DNA of 64,000 bases from Phoronis australis (taxonomy: Eukaryota; Animalia; Phoronida): positions 657,265 to 721,264 of the forward strand of contig NMRA01000027.1 in the NCBI GenBank assembly GCA_002633005.1, read 5' to 3'. Below the pieces are notes generated by a model. It saw nothing but the letters and a program-made list of their open reading frames with translations, was not told the origin of the DNA and did not search any database. Within the stretch, counting starts at the first letter, position 1, and each line of letters starts with the position of its first letter. Below, one piece after another: positions 59,080-64,000 of the stretch. Position numbers and translations under genes: made by a program.

Positions 59080-60479
59080 CCTTGGTGAAAGAAGAAGTGA
59101 AGTAGTTACATGGGACAGTTTCGTTTAAGCAAACAGACAGCAGAATCTGATGCTCGAAGTTATGGTAACTGATAGTTGACGCAGCCACAAGTGAATCTTA
59201 TCACGCAGAACAGAAAGACATGGATGGGCGCTGGATTTTTACTTTTGCGTGAGGTCAGCCATTTTACAGTAGTTGATAACAAATAGCCAACATTTCCAAC
59301 GTATGGTGAATTTTTATACGTCAAGTAAAACTGCAACGCTTTGATTTATTTCGAACATCGTTGAGCGCGGGACAATGACTCCGTTGGGGTTCCGCTCAGG
59401 TGGAGACGCGCGTTGAAAAGTAGTCTATTGTATCTGAGTGATCATCTCATTTATTAACACAGGTAGATTGTGTTTCAATGTCACCAATTATCTCAACGAT
59501 TCTCCTGCCTTCCACCACGCCGATGGGTCGGTCATACATTTCCCAAGCTTGAGTTACCGAATTTGTCATTTAAGCCGAGTGATAAGACATTCCCTATTCA
59601 TGTGTTGGCTGACAGCTATCAAACTACGGCTCAAATTGACTTAATTAAATGTCTTTAAAGTAATTACGAGCTACTGATGATTATTCTCAATGTAACCTAC
59701 AAAGACGCTTATCCCCGACGATGAGGGAGAAACACAGCACTAATTTCCCTGTTCTTTTTCCTCAACGACATTATCCCTGGTTAGAGCTATTTTCTAATAC
59801 ATACGACGTATTGTTGTCTTATAATTAGATGACAACTGTCAAAATTACCCGAACCACTGATCTTCTTTGACTGAATCCATTGACATTTATCACTGCGCCC
59901 AATTGATTTCCCATATAAATTCCTTAACAGTTATCACGCGATGTGTACGTCGTTGAAATCGACACTGACAACTTACATAAAAACCAGCATTCATTACTTT
60001 GGCGTTGTTTTTTTATATTTTTTGTCAAGTTTTACCTTTAAACCAAGTATCTGTTTGCAGGGCGGTATCGTACATATTGAAAATAGCGTAGCTGATATAA
60101 CTAATGATTGTGCTAATAGAATGCATGATTATGACGGTGTAAATAATTTCGTAAGAATGACAAATGGGAATGACAGCAACAAAATTGATTTTTCAAACAA
60201 TAAAAATTCTAACTTATTACTGTAAATGACGAACCATGCAGTTGCTCTGCAACACTGTTCCTCCTTCACAACTCCTTCCGGTCACCTGCTAGTCTCTTGT
60301 AAATTAATTGCAGTTTAAATCGTTCTGGCTGAAGCGAGACTTTATCATTACCCCTCTCCTCACGAAAGAGTACAAAGTATTTATAATCTGAAACTTCCAT
60401 TGCAAAATATGTACGCATCTCTTCTTGCGCTGTTTAGACTTTGCAATGACATTATCGACGAGAAAAAGCTTTTTTCTGA

Positions 60480-60554
60480 GTTCAGCCCCATCGCGGAATC
60501 GAACTTGAAACTTCCTCGTCGCAGCCAACCGCTCTACTGGTTGAGCAAAACCCC
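60480..60554 (-). mobile_element. tRNA-derived SINE head or tRNA pseudogene
   Basis: The minus strand reads GCTCAACCAGTAGAGCG (D-arm/A box) ... AGTTCGATTCC (T-loop/B box). The acceptor stem does not pair. Confidence 0.65.
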
Positions 60555-61006
60555 AATCGCTAAATGTTCCAGAATTTAACAGACCTCGGTTTCAGCGAAT
60601 GTCTGACAGAAATAGTCGAGAATTGGCGATTTGAAATAAAATCACAAGAACATAACGGATTTTATTGTTTCACAGGTCCAGCCAAAGCTAATAACTTCAA
60701 AATGTCTAATCCCATTCGTAGTGGACGGAAGGTCTAAAAATTTTGTTCTGTTTTGTTCAGTCCACCGTCTAAATGGGGGGCGGGATATTTTCCTGCTGCA
60801 TCCCCCCATATAGTCGACTTATCTCCGAGGCCACCCGTGGCTACAAGCCTCACTTTCTGGATTGCACCTTAGCATGTTGTTTGGAACCCACACAGCGTTC
60901 ACGTTCCAGCATTAGAGGCTCAGAGGACACGGCGTTATCACACAGAGAAGAAAAACCAAACCATCAGATGGAAATGTATCACCTTAGAGATTTTAGTGTT
61001 AATTAC

Positions 61007-61075
61007 TAGGTTTAGGGTAAACGGTAAATTTTAGGGTTAGGGACGCGTAAGATTAGAGTTAGCGTTAAGGTTAAA
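61007..61075 (+). repeat. Degenerate interstitial TTAGGG-like tract
   Basis: TTTAGGGT...TTAGGGTTAGGG...TTAGAGTTAGCGTTAAGGTTAA. Confidence 0.6.
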
Positions 61076-61619
61076 GGACGAGTTCAAGTGATGCAACTAA
61101 AGAGACATCTTTTGTATTTTCGGCGAACTACCTGAACTCCCTCTCAATAGATGTCGCCACGCTCTGCTAATCTGTTGACTTACAGTAGCACAGTTATTTC
61201 AAAACGTACCAGCCGTGAACGTTAACAAAGGGGAACTGTAGCATGTTCCTTCTCAAAACAATCCACATACGGATGATATATACACTACTGTTTTACTAGG
61301 TAAGATAACATAACACAAGAGAAAATTTATTAGGCCATCATAGAAATTTCAGGATCATGTTGTTTGGCCCACTCTCGCGGTGATGGGCTATATAAAATGT
61401 CACATACATAACAACAGATTAAAATCACACCCTTCGTTGAAGTGTACTCAACAACACACATATAGACTGCGCATCAAACCAAACATTACCGACAGAAGTT
61501 AACCCGAAAGATCTGAGGCCAGTTTTAACTGGAGGCTCTAGTCTCCGACGCCGGCAGTTGCAGTATGAGTCATTAGGGTGACGTATAACCCGTATGTATC
61601 CACAGTAAACTGTCTGTGC

Positions 61620-61776
61620 CTGGGTAGCGTTCAGTAGCTGTCTCGCGGCTAGAAAAATTTATCCAAAATCACGTGTTCTCATTAAAAATACACAGTAATA
61701 TCTCACGAAATCTTGCGAAGTCTTGCTTTTTGGCAAGGTCCTAGCGTAGGTCCTAGCGTTACTGAAGTGTGGTCTG
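61620..61776 (-). mobile_element. MITE family A, copy 2 (inverted relative to 2230-2386)
   Basis: The reverse complement AAAAAGCAAGACTTCGCAAGATTTCGTGAGATATTACTGTGTATTTTTAATGAGAACACGTGATTTTG aligns to 2263-2330. It has the same AGGTCCTAGCGTAGGTCCTAGCGT subterminal repeat and CTG flanks. Confidence 0.75.
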
Positions 61777-62250
61777 TGATGTATCATACTTTTTCAGTGT
61801 AGCTGGCACCTAAATCAAATGGTTTAACCTTGGATTTACTGGAATTATAAAAATAAAACACGTCAGTCTGTTTAACTCCAGACTCTTTAACATCCCAATA
61901 TTGATTTCGAAAAGACACCTGTCTGCCTATGTCATGTAGCAAGTTGCAGTGTGTGATCTGAAGATAGATTAATCAGTGGTCGATGGAGAATAGCGCTGAT
62001 GATTAATTTTTATGATGATTCCATTATGACGTCATGACAATCGCTGATATACACGCGAATGCGCAAAACAACGGGATCACGCGAAAACGAAAATCATTAT
62101 TGCCATGCGAATTTAAACAATGACAGAAAGTTAGAAGATTAACTGGGAATATTGTCGAAACTGCTGCCTGTTTTATGTATAGGGAGATATGCATTGTTTG
62201 GAGGAGTTCATCAAACTGGCAGGATCAACTAACGTAACTTCACAAATGGA

Positions 62251-62436
62251 ATGGAACATGGCTATGCTGAAATTCGCTATCACTGTAGAAGGGTTACAAA
62301 GAAGGAGTTTTATGCTTGTGTGTCGTTCACTACAACCATTCTCTTGTTTGTCGCAACTGTTAATGACTTTGTATACTACTCACTCGCGGTTGAGAGACCT
62401 GCTTATACCACTCAAAGCTTTACATTGGCACTTTTG
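62251..62436 (+). CDS. Candidate first coding exon of an unidentified multi-pass membrane protein
   Basis: ATG at 62251 opens MEHGYAEIRYHCRRVTKKEFYACVSFTTTILLFVATVNDFVYYSLAVERPAYTTQSFTLALL, which has a basic N-terminus followed by a hydrophobic segment. It ends at a consensus donor TTG|GTATGT (phase 0). An upstream acceptor TTTTATGTATAG ends at 62182. Confidence 0.45.
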
Positions 62437-62967
62437 GTATGTTTAAAATATTTTTCAGTTAACAAGTGGTTAGTTAAGAAGCGGTGGATATTACATGCGG
62501 TCTATTCGCAACTTGTGCCTATAAGACATAGCCCTTAATATTTTGAGGACGCCCAGTCCATACACAGCTAGCAAGCTGGCTAAAATGGGGAGTAGGGTTA
62601 TAACTTCTCGAAACTGAGGTAATAAAACACGTATAAACTACTTGACGATATGATTTTTTCTGCATCTGTCCATCTTCAGAAAGTCAGGACACCAAGAAAA
62701 ACTGTGCAATGGCATCTCTTTACCTAGTAAAAGGAGACAATGCCAGGGTCGCTTTAGGGTCTAAGGTTAGATTTGCAGCAGCTGCATCATTTAGATTTAA
62801 TAAAAACACAACGTCAATCACGAGCTTACGACACAGCCAGTGGGCATACGACCCTTTTTGGTAAAATTAGCCATGCTAAAAATGTTGATTGTCGTGAATA
62901 TTGTGGTGATTGTAGTGACCATGTGTGGGGAACCAACAGGTCATACACTAATTCATTTCGTTTTCAG

Positions 62968-63070
62968 TTGCTCCATTTGTTGGCGTTCTACTGCGCACTG
63001 CTCTCCTATATGTACGCTACACAGGCAGGATACGAGGGCGTTTGGAAGCTGCCGGTAGGATACACTGTAG
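62968..63070 (+). CDS. Candidate second coding exon of the same membrane-protein gene
   Basis: Branch point CACTAAT and acceptor TCATTTCGTTTTCAG end at 62967. The phase-0 frame reads LLHLLAFYCALLSYMYATQAGYEGVWKLP(VGYTV) and continues the hydrophobic helix of the previous exon. The donor is either CCG|GTAGGA (after 63054) or TAG|GTGCGT (after 63070). Confidence 0.45.
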
Positions 63071-63921
63071 GTGCGTACGGTTGTTAAAAAAAAAATCAGA
63101 TTTGGTTCCACTATCATAGTGATTCAACTTGTGGAATTTTATTTTTACAGAAATACGTTCTTACCCACAGACCAGAACTAAAGTTAAACATGTAAAATAG
63201 CTGTGGATCTTTTTATCAAAAGTCGTGAACCTACAGCTACGACATTCGTAGTCACGTTACTGTGAAAATGATATAACGTTGATAACTCGGGTTTCCAAGT
63301 CACTCAGCCACGCAAAATGTACCTCAAACCTGTCTATGTCATGATGTACAATTAGTTAAATCCCTCCAAAGGAAACTGGTCATCAAGGGCATCGCCAAGT
63401 AAAAAACGACCACTGATTTTAATAGGGTTGATCTACCTTTCGGACAACCCGAATCAATCGCCCATGATATTTAGATCAAGGTACTTTTTTATGTATCCTA
63501 TGATCACAAAAATAAGGAACTCATTTGAGGCGAGCAAAGTGTCCCATAGTCACTTTTATTCTGCGACACTCTTTGAAATCCAGCACCACCTCCTTGATTG
63601 TTGGATTGAATACCACATTGAATTTAAGATGCTGTTATGGTAACCATGTTCTTTGACAGTTTGCTCTCCATCATAGCACCGTGTTGTGTGATTTTCGAAG
63701 CACCCGCCATCGCGCAAGAATTACTGAAATGCTTCCACTTTTATTTTTTGACTGTGGCGTGCAATGTCAAATACCCGGCTAGGGCTACGTGAAAAGTCGG
63801 AGCGGCAAATGCTAAGTATTTATCACCATTACGAAAAGGTTTTACAAACTTAAACTAACTTTCCCAGCTTGATTTAAGCCTATGTGCTCACCTCGTTTGC
63901 TTGCTTTCTCTAGTGATTCCA

Positions 63922-64000
63922 CCGTGGCGGATCTAGGATAACAGAAGGGGGGGGCAACACGTTGCCTCAGGGTATTGGGCAAAGCTCGATTGTTGCGGGG
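63922..64000 (+). mobile_element. Possible left end of a hAT-type MITE truncated by the window edge
   Basis: CCGTGGCGGATCTAGG...AAGGGGGGGG resembles common CAGTGGCGGATCYAG-type termini. The other end is not in the window. Confidence 0.35.

Noticed and set aside
60480-60554. Functional tRNA gene
   Set aside because: D- and T-loop motifs are present, but the acceptor and anticodon stems do not pair. Treated as a SINE or pseudogene, as is 35860-35970.
61007-61075. True telomere or chromosome fusion site
   Set aside because: There are only about two perfect TTAGGG units, the tract is degenerate and internal, and there is no inverted CCCTAA array.

Overview
This window is AT-rich animal genomic DNA, most likely from a lophotrochozoan/spiralian invertebrate (inferred from the Six3/6 protein sequence). 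The one confidently identified gene is Six3/6 (optix family) on the + strand. It has two coding exons (22975-23624 and 29806-29983), a 6181-bp phase-2 intron, a predicted 275-aa product, a TATA/Inr/CCAAT core promoter and a likely poly(A) site near 30.5 kb. About 23 kb upstream and about 32 kb downstream look like a gene desert. It contains MITEs (Harbinger-like, hAT-like, Kolobok-like), tRNA-derived SINE fragments, minisatellites and long (GAT)n/(CAT)n microsatellites. Near the right end, two hydrophobic, splice-bounded exons (62251-62436 and 62968 to about 63054/63070) suggest the start of an unannotated membrane-protein gene. A ~730-bp tandem duplication split by a single N (47730-49208) is most likely an uncollapsed-haplotype assembly artefact. 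I found no CRISPR array, rRNA, intact tRNA or autonomous transposase, and no clearly novel biological system. The best leads are the candidate downstream gene, a possible divergent/antisense transcript upstream of Six3/6, CTCF-like motif clusters, a head-to-head MITE dimer nested in a SINE head, and self-complementary microsatellite blocks.
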